Positions 42,255-54,570 of a DNA stretch of 64,000 bases are shown in pieces. Position 1 is the first letter of the stretch, and each line of letters opens with the position of its first letter. The notes beneath the pieces are model-generated. The model made no database searches, had not been told where the DNA came from, and saw only the letters and a list, made by a program, of their open reading frames with translations. Both the position numbers and the translations under genes were made by a program. The DNA is from Naegleria gruberi (lineage: Eukaryota): NCBI GenBank assembly GCA_000004985.1, contig GG738883.1; one strand, 5' to 3'.

Positions 42255-42485
42255 CTCCTTTCCATTATCATCATCTATACGATCAATCATCATATTATTA
42301 TACGAATATACAAAAGTATCATCCCAATGCAATTCCGAACACTCCTCTTGCATGCATTCCTTACACAATTCCAACCAACTCGATGAAACTCTTTGTAATT
42401 GGAAAAGATAAGGAATTGGTGGCAAAAACGACAAGATACTCTGAAATACATCAAAGCAAAGTTTGTTGAATGGATTTTCTGGCAT
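42255..42485 (-). CDS. F-box protein, exon 1 (F-box)
   Basis: ATG verified. FDVFQSILSFLPPIPYLFQLQRVSSSWLELC F-box motif. Donor gag|gttggt at 42254 (phase 0). Confidence 0.6.
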
Positions 42486-42635
42486 TTTTTTTTTTGTAAA
42501 CTTTACAAAAAATTCAAAAGTTCAATACATGAAAAATATTATTAACCTGTTATTTACTTAATAATTAGAATTTTCAAATTCTTAAAAAGATAACAAGTTT
42601 GCAATTTTATATTTCAAATTAATTTGAAAAAAAAA

Positions 42636-43553
42636 ATGCACGCATTATCAACATCATTTCTTCCCATTCACGAGATGATCAAGTGTAGAAGAGTAAATTC
42701 TCTATGGAAACATAGTGTGCATTCCGATCAACCATTTTGGAAGAGCATGTTTGTAAATTATTATGAAATTGATCAATATTTTCATTACGATGATGAAGAT
42801 GAAGATAATAGGGTTCATTCTTGTTGGTTATACAAATTATTAAGAATTTTGGCTAAAATTCCAAAAAAGCAAATTAATGATCATGATGAAGTGTTTAATC
42901 CAAATAGCTTGGAATGTGTGAAGAATTACGAATCACTATTTTCCAAAGTATATCCTTATGATTATTGTTCATCTGCTATGGTTGTGAATGATGAACAAAA
43001 GGTCTCTTTTAAATTTAATGAGGAAATTTCAAAAACGAGTGTTCTTGAAGTGTTGGATCACTTTTTGATTGTAATTATTTATGATGCATTGACACTCTCT
43101 GGATATACACCAAATTTACTAATCGACAAATTAATGGTTCAGCTCTATGATTTTGAGCTTACTAAGCATGTTGTAAAAACCATTCCATTATTGACATTTC
43201 TGACCTGCTTTTTTAAAGTGGAGAGTTATAGAAATAATTGCTTCAAGCTTGCTAAAAAACTATTCTCTGTCGAGTGTCTTGATAATGTTTGTGTTGGATT
43301 GAATATGGAAAACTTTGTGGGGCTGATAGAAATTGGAGAAATGACAAATCCAAATACAACTTTTATTGATGAGGAATTATTGGAAGACCCATGTTCTGAA
43401 TTTCGATTATCATTATGTGAAGGAAGCATCATTCCATCCTACTTTAATGCTGGTGGAGGATGGATTGACAGTGCAGATACCAGCTTGCGAGTCAATTCTC
43501 AAGATGGATCCATAGTAGATGTTGAAAGACTGTCAACAAGACAATTTTACTAA
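42636..43553 (+). CDS. F-box-like protein (divergent neighbour of the previous gene)
   Basis: First ATG 42636 (ORF-track start is TTG). LSTSFLPIHEMIKCRRVNSLWKHSV F-box-like, followed by an acidic stretch as in the neighbour. Confidence 0.5.
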   Translation: MHALSTSFLPIHEMIKCRRVNSLWKHSVHSDQPFWKSMFVNYYEIDQYFHYDDEDEDNRVHSCWLYKLLRILAKIPKKQINDHDEVFNPNSLECVKNYESLFSKVYPYDYCSSAMVVNDEQKVSFKFNEEISKTSVLEVLDHFLIVIIYDALTLSGYTPNLLIDKLMVQLYDFELTKHVVKTIPLLTFLTCFFKVESYRNNCFKLAKKLFSVECLDNVCVGLNMENFVGLIEIGEMTNPNTTFIDEELLEDPCSEFRLSLCEGSIIPSYFNAGGGWIDSADTSLRVNSQDGSIVDVERLSTRQFY

Positions 43554-44063
43554 TCCCTTAAACAATGTTATATTAGTGACCTTTCCACTCTCACCTGAGG
43601 TGCAGTCATTTAGGAGTGAAAATACAGTGGATACTTCTTTCGTTCCAACCTTTTACACAAAATTTCTCAATGAAACAAACAGCTCTTTGAATTCAAATGT
43701 ACCAATCTCCACATTCCTATCCAAATCATCGAATGTATTGAGAAAACCAAAGTACTATCCAGATAATGTTGAGATGATGTGAAATTCAGAGTTTCATCAA
43801 GTGAAATAGACACCAAAAATTTACTGATAACTACAAATTATTTAATATTTAACTGTAGTACGTATTGTTTTTGTAAACTTGCAATCACTCAATATGGAAA
43901 GGCTGGTCAATCGTACAATACATTAAATCTATGCTGGAATGTTTCTGTGAAAGTGATCTATTCCCTTCAGCTGTCACTTTATGAAGATGCTTGAGTATTA
44001 TTTTGAACAAGCAAGTCAACAAAGCGTTAGTCTCACAAACTATTGCGCTACTATCGTGAAAAA

Positions 44064-44390
44064 ATGCTCAAATTGACAATTGGCAGTTTGTTGTTGCTTG
44101 CCATCTTTGTTTGCACAGTATCTCTTTGTGAAGCAAAGACTGTATCGCTCAGACATTCTCATCATAAAGATGGAGCTTTAACTATCATTATTGATATGGG
44201 TGGAGAAGGTAAAAAGTCAAAGGAAACAAAAGAAACTAAAACCAAAGAAACTAAAGAAACTGAAGAAACTAAACCAAAGTTGGACGATACTACAAAGGAC
44301 ATTGTAGCACAAGTTTCAAAGGCCATCTCCAAGGAAGAAGAAAAGAAACTCGCCGAATCCTTGTTGACTCTTGGTAATGAGCTCACCCAA
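44064..44390 (+). CDS. Secreted repeat protein, exon 1 (signal peptide, (KET)n repeats)
   Basis: ATG at 44064 gives MLKLTIGSLLLLAIFVCTVSLCEA. Repeats KETKETKTKETKETEETKPK. Donor caa|gtaagt at 44391. Confidence 0.65.
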
Positions 44391-44547
44391 GTAAGTTATT
44401 TTCTATTTCACACCAATTATAATAATAACTATGGAAATTTAACCGCAATGTATAAATGTACATGTTATCCAACCACCACCAAACAACAACAACAACAACA
44501 ATAATTGGTCATCATGACGCGATTCTAATTTTCATGTGAACAAATAG

Positions 44548-45789
44548 ATTGCCAAGTTAATTCCTGGAAAGGACAGTGAACAAAAATTATTGAGAGATCA
44601 ACTCTTGTCTGTTGCCAGTGAAATGGCAAAGGAAGCTGAAAAACCTTCCTTCATGATCTTGCAATCCTCCATGGCTATGGTCGTTCAAGATAAACAAAAT
44701 CAACAAAATGCTGCAGCTGACAGTAGTAGTAGTAGTAGTGGAGCCCAAACCATGTTTATTGGTGCTGCTATTGAAGGTCTCAGTCTTGGAATGAATGCCA
44801 TTGATGGTATTGGTACCTATTCTACATCTGTTAGTAAGATTGGTCAATGGGTTAAAGGAAAGGCTGCTGATAAGTTGGATAAGTGGGGTTTACAATCTGC
44901 TGCTAGCATTGCTAGAAATACTGGTAAATCAATCGATGGTTTTGCTCAAAAGGTTGCTCCATACGAAACTAAACTTGCTGCCAAGATTGCTCCAGTTGTC
45001 AAGTCAAAGACTTTCCAAGGAATTAAAAGAGTTGCCAACGTTGTTGGTGGAGCTCTTTCTATTCATGCTGGTGTCAAATTCTTGGGTATGAGTGCTGCCA
45101 CTAAATTGCCAAAGACTTTCAGTGCTATCAAGTCAAGCATTACTAAAGCTGCCAAGGTTGTTGCTAATAAGGGTGGAATTGTTAGAAAGATTGCTGCTAC
45201 TGGTCTTAAGGCAAAGAAGGCTGCCACTCAATCATTGAATCAATTCTCCACTTTCAGAAAAGTTAATGCTGCTGTCAAAGCTTCAAAGGCTGCTAAGGCT
45301 GCCAAGAATGTTGGACATGCTGCTCATGCTCACTCCAAGTTTAAGACTGCTGTCCATCATGCTCATGCAGGATATGAAATTTATTCTGGTTCTTCCCATG
45401 TTAAACACGGTCTTCTTGGTCATCATGGTGGTGGACACGGATCAAGTGGTCATGGTTCAAGCGGTCATGGTTCAAGTGGACATGGATCTTCATCTGGACA
45501 CGGAGCTTCCTCATCCAAACATGGAGCTTCTTCTGGACATGGATCTTCATCCTCAAGAAAATCATCTGGTCACAGTTCATCATCTTCAAGAAGTTCATCA
45601 TCCACCAGAAAATCAACTGGTAACTCTGGAAGTAGAACCTCAAGAACCTCATCAACAAGATCATCAAATTCTGGTAGATCATCCTCCACTTCTGGCAGAA
45701 GCAGTACTAGATCTTCATCATCATCTAGACAAACCAGAAGCAGCAACAGTTCAAGACAAACTACTACCAAAAGAAGAGGCGGCAAATAA
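44548..45789 (+). CDS. Secreted repeat protein, exon 2 (A/K-rich amphipathic region, then His/Gly/Ser-rich and Ser/Arg/Thr-rich tail)
   Basis: Acceptor caaatag at 44541-44547, in frame. AKVVANKGGIVRKIAATGLKAKKAATQS...KASKAAKAAKNVGHAAHAHSKFKTAVHHAHAG. Then GHGSSGHGSSGHGSSGHGSSSGHGASSSKHGASSGHGSSSSRKSSGH... and SSTRSSNSGRSSSTSGRSS.... Confidence 0.65.
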   Translation: MAKLIPGKDSEQKLLRDQLLSVASEMAKEAEKPSFMILQSSMAMVVQDKQNQQNAAADSSSSSSGAQTMFIGAAIEGLSLGMNAIDGIGTYSTSVSKIGQWVKGKAADKLDKWGLQSAASIARNTGKSIDGFAQKVAPYETKLAAKIAPVVKSKTFQGIKRVANVVGGALSIHAGVKFLGMSAATKLPKTFSAIKSSITKAAKVVANKGGIVRKIAATGLKAKKAATQSLNQFSTFRKVNAAVKASKAAKAAKNVGHAAHAHSKFKTAVHHAHAGYEIYSGSSHVKHGLLGHHGGGHGSSGHGSSGHGSSGHGSSSGHGASSSKHGASSGHGSSSSRKSSGHSSSSSRSSSSTRKSTGNSGSRTSRTSSTRSSNSGRSSSTSGRSSTRSSSSSRQTRSSNSSRQTTTKRRGGK

Positions 45790-46221
45790 TCAATCCTAAA
45801 GATTTAGGAGAACAATAAAGCCTTAGTGTATGTCATCAATATTTTGTAAAATTTTAAAAAAAATCGTAAATAATTCTCATGGTTAAAGGCGCGTAAAATA
45901 TTAAGCAACTCTTTTCAATATTGATGATGTATTATTGTGTGGATGAACGAAGAATAAAAAGATTCACTATTAGGAGTATTATTAAAAACACTTGTTGATG
46001 AATTATAATTTAAATATTAATTAATATTAAAATTGCTCATCATGTGAAGATAACAGTATTTTCGGAATCATACCAAAACTCTCACTTTGGATGGCAAATC
46101 TTTCTCATCACAAAACATCACAGTGTGTCGCATTGAATGAATATCGAAGAGGAAAATTCTTCAACAATTATTGAAAAGCTCTTGACAAGTTGAAAAAAAT
46201 TAGATTGACAAGTGAAACGAC

Positions 46222-46759
46222 ATGTCCTTCTCTTTCAAACGATCAAATTCACTACATTCCCAACATTCTCGGAACAACCTTGCTTTTGTTCCAACTGCAT
46301 CATCAAAACACTATCTTTCTCTCTCACCTAAAATACATTTGTGGAATAGCTCGATTGATCATCAAACCATTGATGTTTTCAATTTATTTTCTTTACAAAA
46401 TGTTCTGACAGATACAAATCTTGTTCATAAAACACTTTCCGAATTAAAAGTTGGAAAGAAAATCAAGTGTCTTCGATTGGGAAATTATGATATTACTCAA
46501 CTGAAAAATTCAGGAGAGAACATTTCACCAACAAGACAAATTCCACCTCCAATGACTTCAAATTCTAATATAATGTCGAGTCATTCTATTAATTCAATTC
46601 AACAAGGTCAAAATTCAACGACCACTTCTTTGGATTTATCATCAAAATTTGCAAATTTTCTAAAAAAGAAGAAATTTAAAGAATATTATTGGATTTTAAA
46701 TGATAATGAGAATGTGATAGAGATTAAAGATTCGAAAAGGAAGAAATTGAAACATTCCA
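46222..46759 (+). CDS. Phosphoinositide-specific phospholipase C (delta-like), exon 1 (N-terminal, PH-like region)
   Basis: ATG verified. Donor ca|gtatgt at 46760 (phase 1). Confidence 0.8.
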
Positions 46760-46876
46760 GTATGTTTTTTTAAAATCAACAAATTTATTTATTATTATTT
46801 ATTTGTTATTATAATGAAAATTTAAATAATATTATTATTTATTTATTTATAATTTACAAAATATTTAATTGAACAG

Positions 46877-47255
46877 TTTTCATTGCGGATATTTTACGAA
46901 TTGAACATCCAGCACTCTTTTCATCAGCTTATTCATCTTCCGATCATGATAACTCTGATTTTACCATGACCATCATCTTTTCCTCTGGTAAATTGAGAAG
47001 TAAGAGTGTTGCCTTCATTCATGAGAGGATTGATTTGGTAATTGGAACACAAACCGATTTCTATGTCTTTTTAGCATTGATTAACTATTTAATGTGTCGA
47101 GCCGATATGAAATCATTGAAAGATCCAACAAGTTTACAAATTTTGAAATGTTGGATTGGAACAGAGGTTGATGGTGATGGTAATTTGGATATTAAGGAAT
47201 TGGCCAAGTTATTGAACAGGATTAATTTGGAATTTCCTGTTAAAACTTTGAGACA
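46877..47255 (+). CDS. Phospholipase C, exon 2 (EF-hand region)
   Basis: Acceptor gaacag at 46871-46876. In-frame ...WIGTEVDGDGNLDIKELAKLL.... Donor ca|gtatgt at 47256 (phase 2). Confidence 0.8.
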
Positions 47256-47328
47256 GTATGTGTTTTAATAGTATTAATTGATTTTTACTATTGTTTTAAT
47301 AATTTTGTAATTAATTTTTTTGTAATAG

Positions 47329-49429
47329 AATTTACAAACAAGCAGATACTGATGGAACTGGTTATTTAGAATATGATGAATTTAGAGAATTGTACTATTC
47401 ACTGATTAGAAATGAAGAAATCGAGGAATATATTTATAGGAATTATGCCAACAATCAACAATTAATATTCAAGGAGGATTTTATAGAGTTTTTACAAGAT
47501 CAATTAAATGGAACTATTCTAGTTGCACCAGAATGGGTCGATACCATATTCAACAGATATAATGCCAAAACATTGGACAATAATATTGGACTCTCGTGTC
47601 ATGATTTTACTCGTTTTCTACTTTCAGCACATGATAACAATATCATTGATGAAAGTTTCAAAGTTTTGCATTCCAATGATATGAATCAACCATTGACTCA
47701 ATATTGGATTTCTTCTTCTCATAATACCTATTTGACAGGTCTTCAATGGAAGGGTGAGAGCTCTGTCGAACAGTACAGAGATGTCTTGCTGACTGGATGC
47801 AGATGTGTTGAATTGGATTGTTGGGATGGTCCAGTGGAGCCAATTATCTATCATGGAAGAACACTCACTTCCAAGATTTTATTCAGAGATGTCATTATCA
47901 TGATTAATCAGTATGCATTTGTTGCTTCAGAGTATCCACTCATTCTCTCATTAGAGGTTCACTGTAGTGAACCACAGCAGGAAATGATGGCCAAAATTAT
48001 GAGTGACATATTCGGAGGTACCTTGTTGAAATCATTCTTTGGACCTCAACAAACTGAATTGGATAAATTACCTAGCCCAAACGATTTGAAATACAAGATT
48101 ATTCTGAAAGGAAAGAAACATTCGAATACAAACGAACCAGAAGAGGTCGGTGGTGAGGATTCAGATGATGAACAGGAAGATGATAGTCTGAGTGTTACAT
48201 TTGATGAAATGATTACTACTTCTGGACCACCTAAATCTCCTCGAATGCCTTCAATCATTTCCGATAAGAATGTCAAGGATTTGAAAAAGAAAATTCCACC
48301 TAAGGATGTGAAACGAAAAGTTGCACAAGGACTTTCAGATATCATTGCTTGGTGTGGTATTTCATTCAAAGGAAAATTGAGCTTCCAATGTTGGCACATG
48401 CACAGTTTTGCAGAGGATAAATTTAGCAAAGTTGTGAGGAAGGATTTTGCTGGATTAGTGGAATATAACAAGAATCAATCATCTAGAATTTATCCAAAAG
48501 CCATGAGAGTTGACTCGAGCAATTATTGTCCTAATTTGGCTTGGGTTACAGGATGTCAAATGGCAGCTCTCAATTTCCAAACTCGTGACGAACATATGAG
48601 ATTTAATGAAGTGAAATTTTTAGAGAATGGCAAATGTGGATACATTTTGAAACCAGACTTTTTAAGACTTGCACATGTTCCATATCCATCTGAGGAAACT
48701 CACAAACCTACCTATTTCACACTTGCTGCCATTTGTGCACAAAATTTACCAAAACCTTCGACATATATTTCATCGACATCATCCAATTTACCAAAAGAAG
48801 TTTCAAATCCATTTGTCAAGATTCAAATACTAGGTATCTCTAAAGATTTATACGAAGAAAAGAGTGAAACAGTAATAGGAAATGGACTCATGCCAGCATT
48901 CAACAAGGTCTTCCACTTTACTGTTCTCTGTCCAGAAGTGGCCTTCCTGAAAGTTTCCATCTATGACAATAGAAAATCAGAAGTGAAATGCATTTGTGAA
49001 AATTATTTACCAGTCAAACATTTACGTCAAGGATTCAGAGCCATCCAAATGTTGGATCTTCACGCCAAACCAATTGAAGGTTGTACATTATTATGTGAAT
49101 TGAGAATGGATGAAAAACATCATCCAATGATGGTTGTACCATCCTCATCTATGGAATATTTAGGAAATGATGCTTTGAGACTTCCATCCATGTCTCAAAC
49201 TTTACAAAGTTCAAACACAAATAGTCCAATCAATCTATTTGCTCAATTAATGAATAATCAAGAAAGAAACGAAAGAACTTCCCAAGGAAGTAGTCAATCA
49301 GGAGACATGACACCAATTACCTTGGAGATTAGTGAACCTTTAGAAGAGGATGCCAACTCACCAGTTCCTTCCTCCTTTACCATTGCAAAGAGATTATCTG
49401 ATTGTGATTTGGAAAGTTTGAATAAATAA
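47329..49429 (+). CDS. Phospholipase C, exon 3 (second EF-hand, catalytic X and Y boxes, C2 domain)
   Basis: Acceptor gtaatag at 47322-47328. [14 protein letters not shown] box [37 protein letters not shown]...[11 protein letters not shown] box SFAEDKF...[40 protein letters not shown]-terminal C2. Confidence 0.85.
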
Positions 49430-49915
49430 CTTTTTTCCATAATAGAAGAACCATTTGTTATTCGTCTTCTTGATTCCCTGTTAACATCAAAAGACATTAC
49501 AATAACTTGAACAAAGTATTATACTTTGTATCTGATCATTGGTTTTGGAGAGCACAATAAAAAAGAGCCTTAATATCTTCTCTATCTTGTCTTCTTTCTT
49601 CTTTTCTTTTTTCTTCTTCAGCTCTTTTTTCCTCAACTTTTTTGCCATCTTTCACATTGCCAACCCAAACAAGTATCATCCCACCACAACTTGTTCACAA
49701 CCCCCATATCAACCACACATTAACTGTTGACTGAGTCTTAACTGGAATTAACACAACTGTGAGAACTGACAGCATTATTCACCAACATAATTATTATACT
49801 GATTGAGAATTTACAATTTTTGTAAAGTGCAAAGACTATTTTGGTCATTTCTAATCTGTTCAAGATTCGTCAAGCGTCTATTGAAAAAGATCCTTTTCGG
49901 ATCAAATTAAAAAAA

Positions 49916-50443
49916 ATGTCTACAGATCAACCAGCTGGATTTAAACTCAGTGATTTACTTTCCGTTTTGGACAAGGATCAACTCTTCAAATTATTCGAAA
50001 CTATCAAAAACGAATATCTGCCACCAATCAACAAATTTAAAGAATTACAAACAGAAAAGAAAGTTAATGCCCAATCAATTTATCAATTAATACTTGATCA
50101 TTTGAATTTATTATTGATCACTTGGATGATGATCTTTTCCATCTTGTCAATTGTCTTACCACAAGTCATTCAATTTTTCTTGACATTTACAACACATAGT
50201 TTTGTCAATGAATGGATCAGAATTTGTGGTGTGTTCACTTTCCCAATCACTTTGCTCTTTATTTTGTTTTACAAATCACAAAATGCTGAAATTCAAAGAG
50301 ATTTGGCAATTACAATGGCTGTTGTAAACTTTGTCATTGCACTTGTGTTGCTTATTTATTTAAAGGTTGGAATGTCGTTGATTGTAGGATTGTTGAGTGC
50401 TGGTTTTGGAGTTTTATTCCTCAAGAAGGCAAATATTTTTTAA
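49916..50443 (+). CDS. Hypothetical small membrane protein (about 4 TM)
   Basis: First ATG 49916 (aaaaaaaatg context). ORF-track start is TTG. Confidence 0.45.
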   Translation: MSTDQPAGFKLSDLLSVLDKDQLFKLFETIKNEYLPPINKFKELQTEKKVNAQSIYQLILDHLNLLLITWMMIFSILSIVLPQVIQFFLTFTTHSFVNEWIRICGVFTFPITLLFILFYKSQNAEIQRDLAITMAVVNFVIALVLLIYLKVGMSLIVGLLSAGFGVLFLKKANIF

Positions 50444-50608
50444 AAGTAAACTTTAAATTTATTCGAAACTGTTTATTATTTTATTAAACGATCTGACTAT
50501 TCCATGTTGTGAACTACATCTGATTTGCAAATAACAACTTTTTTGGAACTAAAATATGGAATCAATACAAAGATAGTGTTAATAATTATGAAATTTAAAT
50601 TCAAAATT

Positions 50609-51739
50609 TTACTCTTCCTTTTCTTCTTCAACTTCTTGTTCAACTTCTTCTTCCTTATTTTCAGAAGATTCATCAAGCTTAATTTCTTCTTCAGTGGATT
50701 CCTTCTTTTCAGTCTTCTTGACCTTCTTGGAAGTTTCATCGTCGCCACCTCTCATCAACAACCAAATTGGAACAGTTGAGACAATAACGAGAACAATTGT
50801 ACCAGCAATGACTGGAATTGGATAGTCATTGAAGAGTTGGTGAATTTGAACCAAAATTTGTTTGAAAAAATCAGAATCTGGCTTATTTTCCTCTTGAATC
50901 TTCTTCAACTTTTCAGTTTCAATAGCGTGCTTCTTAGCCCAAGTCTTTTCAGCATAATCAGCAGCAACTTCCTCATCGTGAGCAATGATAAAGTTATCAA
51001 AGAAGGTATTTTGTTGCATGGTCCAGATTTCAATAAAAACAGCACCAATCTTTCCAGAGAGATTTGATGGTTGCTTATCTTCAAAATAGTTTGGATTTGG
51101 AATTTGCTTTGGAGCCCAAACACCCTTATAAGCTGGATTCTTAATCTTTGGAGCAACCCATTTACCCTTGTAAGCTGGATTTTTAATCAATCTTGGTTGC
51201 CATTTTCCACAACCTTGAGTTTCACACTTCTTATTCTTAACAATTGGAGCTTCCCAAGTACCATCTTCGTCTTCATCCCATTCTTCTGGCATTTTAGCTT
51301 CTGGATCTGGAATCATGTCTGGTTCATTTTCTAACCAATCTTCTGGCATCTTATCTTCTGGATCTGGAATAAATTCTGGCAATGTTTCATCCCAATCTTC
51401 TGGCTTACTAGCTTCTGGATCATCCATTAATTCTTCATCAACCCAATCGAGTGGCTTCTTATCAGTTGGATCATCAATTTCCTTTGGTGGAATAACAGAT
51501 GGAGAGAATTCTTCAAACAAGCTTCCATTTCTAGCAGTTTGTTGATCAATCTTGATTTCAAAAGTATTGTCCTTTCTAATAATGAGAGTGTACAAGTGAG
51601 ACAATTCATCATTCTTAATAGTTGGAGCATTAGTCAAGTGTTTTTCTTCCCATGTTTGATTCTTTGGATTAAAGTGACGGAAGATAAAGTGAACCTTATT
51701 GGTTGTACCACACATATCTGGACCGAACATAATGACATA
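50609..51739 (-). CDS. Calnexin, exon 2 ([11 protein letters not shown], proline-rich P-domain repeats, TM segment, acidic cytoplasmic tail)
   Basis: Acceptor attaaatag precedes [11 protein letters not shown]. Repeated [25 protein letters not shown] motifs. [25 protein letters not shown], which indicates calnexin rather than calreticulin. 203-bp AT-rich intron. Confidence 0.85.
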   Translation of the reverse strand, partial: YVIMFGPDMCGTTNKVHFIFRHFNPKNQTWEEKHLTNAPTIKNDELSHLYTLIIRKDNTFEIKIDQQTARNGSLFEEFSPSVIPPKEIDDPTDKKPLDWVDEELMDDPEASKPEDWDETLPEFIPDPEDKMPEDWLENEPDMIPDPEAKMPEEWDEDEDGTWEAPIVKNKKCETQGCGKWQPRLIKNPAYKGKWVAPKIKNPAYKGVWAPKQIPNPNYFEDKQPSNLSGKIGAVFIEIWTMQQNTFFDNFIIAHDEEVAADYAEKTWAKKHAIETEKLKKIQEENKPDSDFFKQILVQIHQLFNDYPIPVIAGTIVLVIVSTVPIWLLMRGGDDETSKKVKKTEKKESTEEEIKLDESSENKEEEVEQEVEEEKEE

Positions 51740-51942
51740 CTATTTAATATTACAATAATAATAGATTATAACAATAATTATGTGATGATAAATAATTATA
51801 ATTAATAGTAATAGGAGGATGTTGATAAGATGATGTTATTGTTGTTAATCCATAAAGTGTTACGATCATGATGAATATTGTTAATATTGTTAATAATTAT
51901 TGTGATGATTAAATTTGAGATGAGATGAAAATAAAAACAAAC

Positions 51943-52413
51943 CTCGGAATCATTATTCAAAGTAGCCATATCAAGTTCTTCTCCTTCCTTTTCCAACAAT
52001 AATTTCAAATAAGCACCTCCACATGATAATTTAGAATCAAATTTAACTTCATATTGAATAATCAAATCCTTGTTTTCATTATCAATGGATGGAGAAATCT
52101 TGGAAGCAACACCAAAATGTTGACCGGCGTTCTTCATCAAGATACCATGATCACCAGAGAAGGCCAAAACATTTCCAGTAGCTTCAGTCCATTCAACTTG
52201 TTGTGTAGCATATTTAGAGTCCTGGCTTTTAACCCATTTACCAGAAACGAATGGATTTTGATTAAAATTATCAAAGAAGAGAACTTTAGAGGAAGGTCTT
52301 GGAGCAGAATATTGTTTTTGATTCAAGCTCAAGTCATCATCCGATGATCCGAGAACAATACTAATCAGCAGACAAGACACAAGCAAGGCAACAAGTAATT
52401 TTGTGTTTTGCAT
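51943..52413 (-). CDS. Calnexin, exon 1 (signal peptide and N-terminal lectin-domain region)
   Basis: ATG verified. MQNTKLLVALLVSCLLISIVLG signal. ...SCGGAYLKLL motif. Donor gag|gtttgt at 51942 (phase 0). Confidence 0.85.
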
Positions 52414-52565
52414 TCTTGCAATTTTTTTTTAAAATTAAAAAACTTTGTGATGATGAAAATTTCGGAATTGCAAAAATTTCCGATTCTTGCCAACAAGAAG
52501 GAAATTATGAAGAAGTGAATGAAACTCTGATGTTTGAATGAATGATGTACCAAAAGAATGATTTT

Positions 52566-54144
52566 TTATTCAGTCTTGAGCTTTTGATTTTGAATTTTGA
52601 CAGTATCAAACCAATCTCCAAACATATTTCTATGTAAAATAAGAGAGGAAGTCATGAGTGAGGTGATCATAGCAGAGGCAACTCCATTCGTCAACAAGTC
52701 TTGACCTACCATGTAGAAACCTTCAATTGGAGTGTTAGGTCTAGAGATTTGAATATTTTCGAGCTTGGATTTGTCTGGATTTTGTCCATAAGCTTCACCG
52801 AATTGAGCTCCCAAATAATGTTTGACTGTGAGTGGTGTGGAACCATCCAAAACATCACATGGAACATTCTTCAAATGAGGGAATGCAGAGTAGAATAATT
52901 GCATGGCTCTGTCAGTGTGCATCTTTTTCAAATCATTGTATCCTGAGCCACGTTTCTTAACTCTTTGATGTTCCCATTCTTTGAACCATTCATAATTGGT
53001 GGAGAAACAGAAGGTAATATAAGTACCACCACTCTTTGGATGTTCCTTAATGGAACAGTATAATAAATTAATATCAACTCCATCCTTTGGAGAAATGACG
53101 CCATCAGAGTTGTGGAATCTATCGTGTTGAGCATTGACATCGTCACTAGTTACAATCCAAGTGTTTTGATACTTTAAACCCAATTCCTTGAGGGACTTTT
53201 TGTAACCTAAAAAGACACAACTCAATTGAGCAGATGGCTTGTAATCTTTGAGGTAATCCTTCATGCCATACTTTTCCAAATCACTAGGTGTGATCATCTT
53301 GTTGAATGTATTGTAATTACCAGCATTGGAAATAATAATTGGAGCATTGATAGTGAGATCATTTTCCAATTTAACACCAACAGCCTTTCCTTTCTTGATG
53401 ATAATAGAATTGACCTTCGCCTTTGTCAAAACATCACCTCCACTCTTTCTGATAACCTTAATCATACTCTCCACAATATCCAAAGCTCCCTTAGTTGGGA
53501 AATAGCTACCTTCCATATAGTGTGACTTGATTTGCGAGTGAACAAAGAGTGGACAATCCTTTGGTTTCACACCATAATCCAAATAGAAATAACACAAACA
53601 AGTTTGCAAGAGTTTGTTTGATGTAACACTATCCAACACTGATTGTAAATTAGTATCCAATAAATTCATGAATTTTGGAGAAATGAAACGTTTAAACAAA
53701 TTGACAATCCACAATGGCATACTTCTCATTAAGGTTGATGAAGCTCTCGATGCCAAAATATCCTCAGCACTTTGATCATAAATCTTCAAATACTTTTCAA
53801 TGGCCTCCTTTTCAGTTGGGAATGCATCTTTCAATGCCTTCTCATAGGCCTTTCTTCCTTTCGGAACTGAAAATGTTTTCAAAATATTGTCATCTCCATT
53901 CTTTGTATCCAAAATCACAACCTTATCATATTCATTACTATCCAATTCAGTCATGGCAATATTCTTATCACACAATATATCCAGCAATACTTTCAGATCT
54001 TGTCCTTCTCCAACTCCACCAATGTAATGTAAACCAGCTTCATATGGGAATTTAACTTCTGATCCACCTCTTCCGAATGTGTGAATTGAACCTCCTGCTG
54101 CTTTGTGTTGTTCCAAAACGAGTACTTTCTTTCCAGCCTTTGCT
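52566..54144 (-). CDS. RETSAT/phytoene-desaturase-like oxidoreductase, exon 2
   Basis: Acceptor aattaatag (minus) at 54145-54153. In-frame (G)SILAKAGKKVLVLEQHKAAGGSIHTF.... 125-bp AT-rich intron. Confidence 0.8.
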
Positions 54145-54275
54145 AAAATTGATCCTATTAATTATTTAATTAAATATATTAAATATATTAATCATTATTC
54201 AATAATTATATAATTATCAAAATAACACAATGTGATGACAATGTTAATAATTAATAATCATTGATTAATACAAAC

Positions 54276-54570
54276 CTGTTGATAATCCACCAATTCCAGA
54301 ACCAATAATAATAACATCCAATTCACCCAATTCTTTCAAAGCCTTCTCCGAGAATACATTCTTTGCAATCTTCTTCTTTTCTACACCTGATGATGATGAT
54401 GAGGCAGCAACATCACTTTCAACAGTTTTGTATTGTGGATTCTGGAAGATATTAATCTCCAATCTATTCTTGATAAATACTTGATAAAACCATTGAATAA
54501 GAGAAAAGAGGAGAGTAGCTAGAAAACCTCCCAAAATAATCAAAATTCCATACAAAATATATTCAATCAT
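54276..54570 (-). CDS. FAD-dependent oxidoreductase of the phytoene-desaturase / all-trans-retinol 13,14-reductase (RETSAT)-like family, exon 1 (N-terminal membrane anchor, start of Rossmann fold)
   Basis: ATG verified. MIEYILYGILIILGGFLATLLFSLIQWF anchor. DVIIIGSGIGGLSTG dinucleotide-binding motif. Donor cag|gtttgt at 54275. Confidence 0.75.

Noticed and set aside
44587-45799. ORFs 44587-44847, 44795-45091, 45266-45799, 45401-45682, 45570-45785
   Set aside because: Alternate frames or antisense of the repetitive secreted-protein gene. Low-complexity DNA keeps them open.
50497-51805. Several plus-strand ORFs (50525-50779, 50837-51067, 51071-51334, 51315-51545, 51539-51805) and minus-strand alternates (50497-50748, 50905-51156, 51427-51630)
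   Set aside because: Overlap the calnexin exon in other frames or strands. Driven by the acidic/Pro repeat composition.
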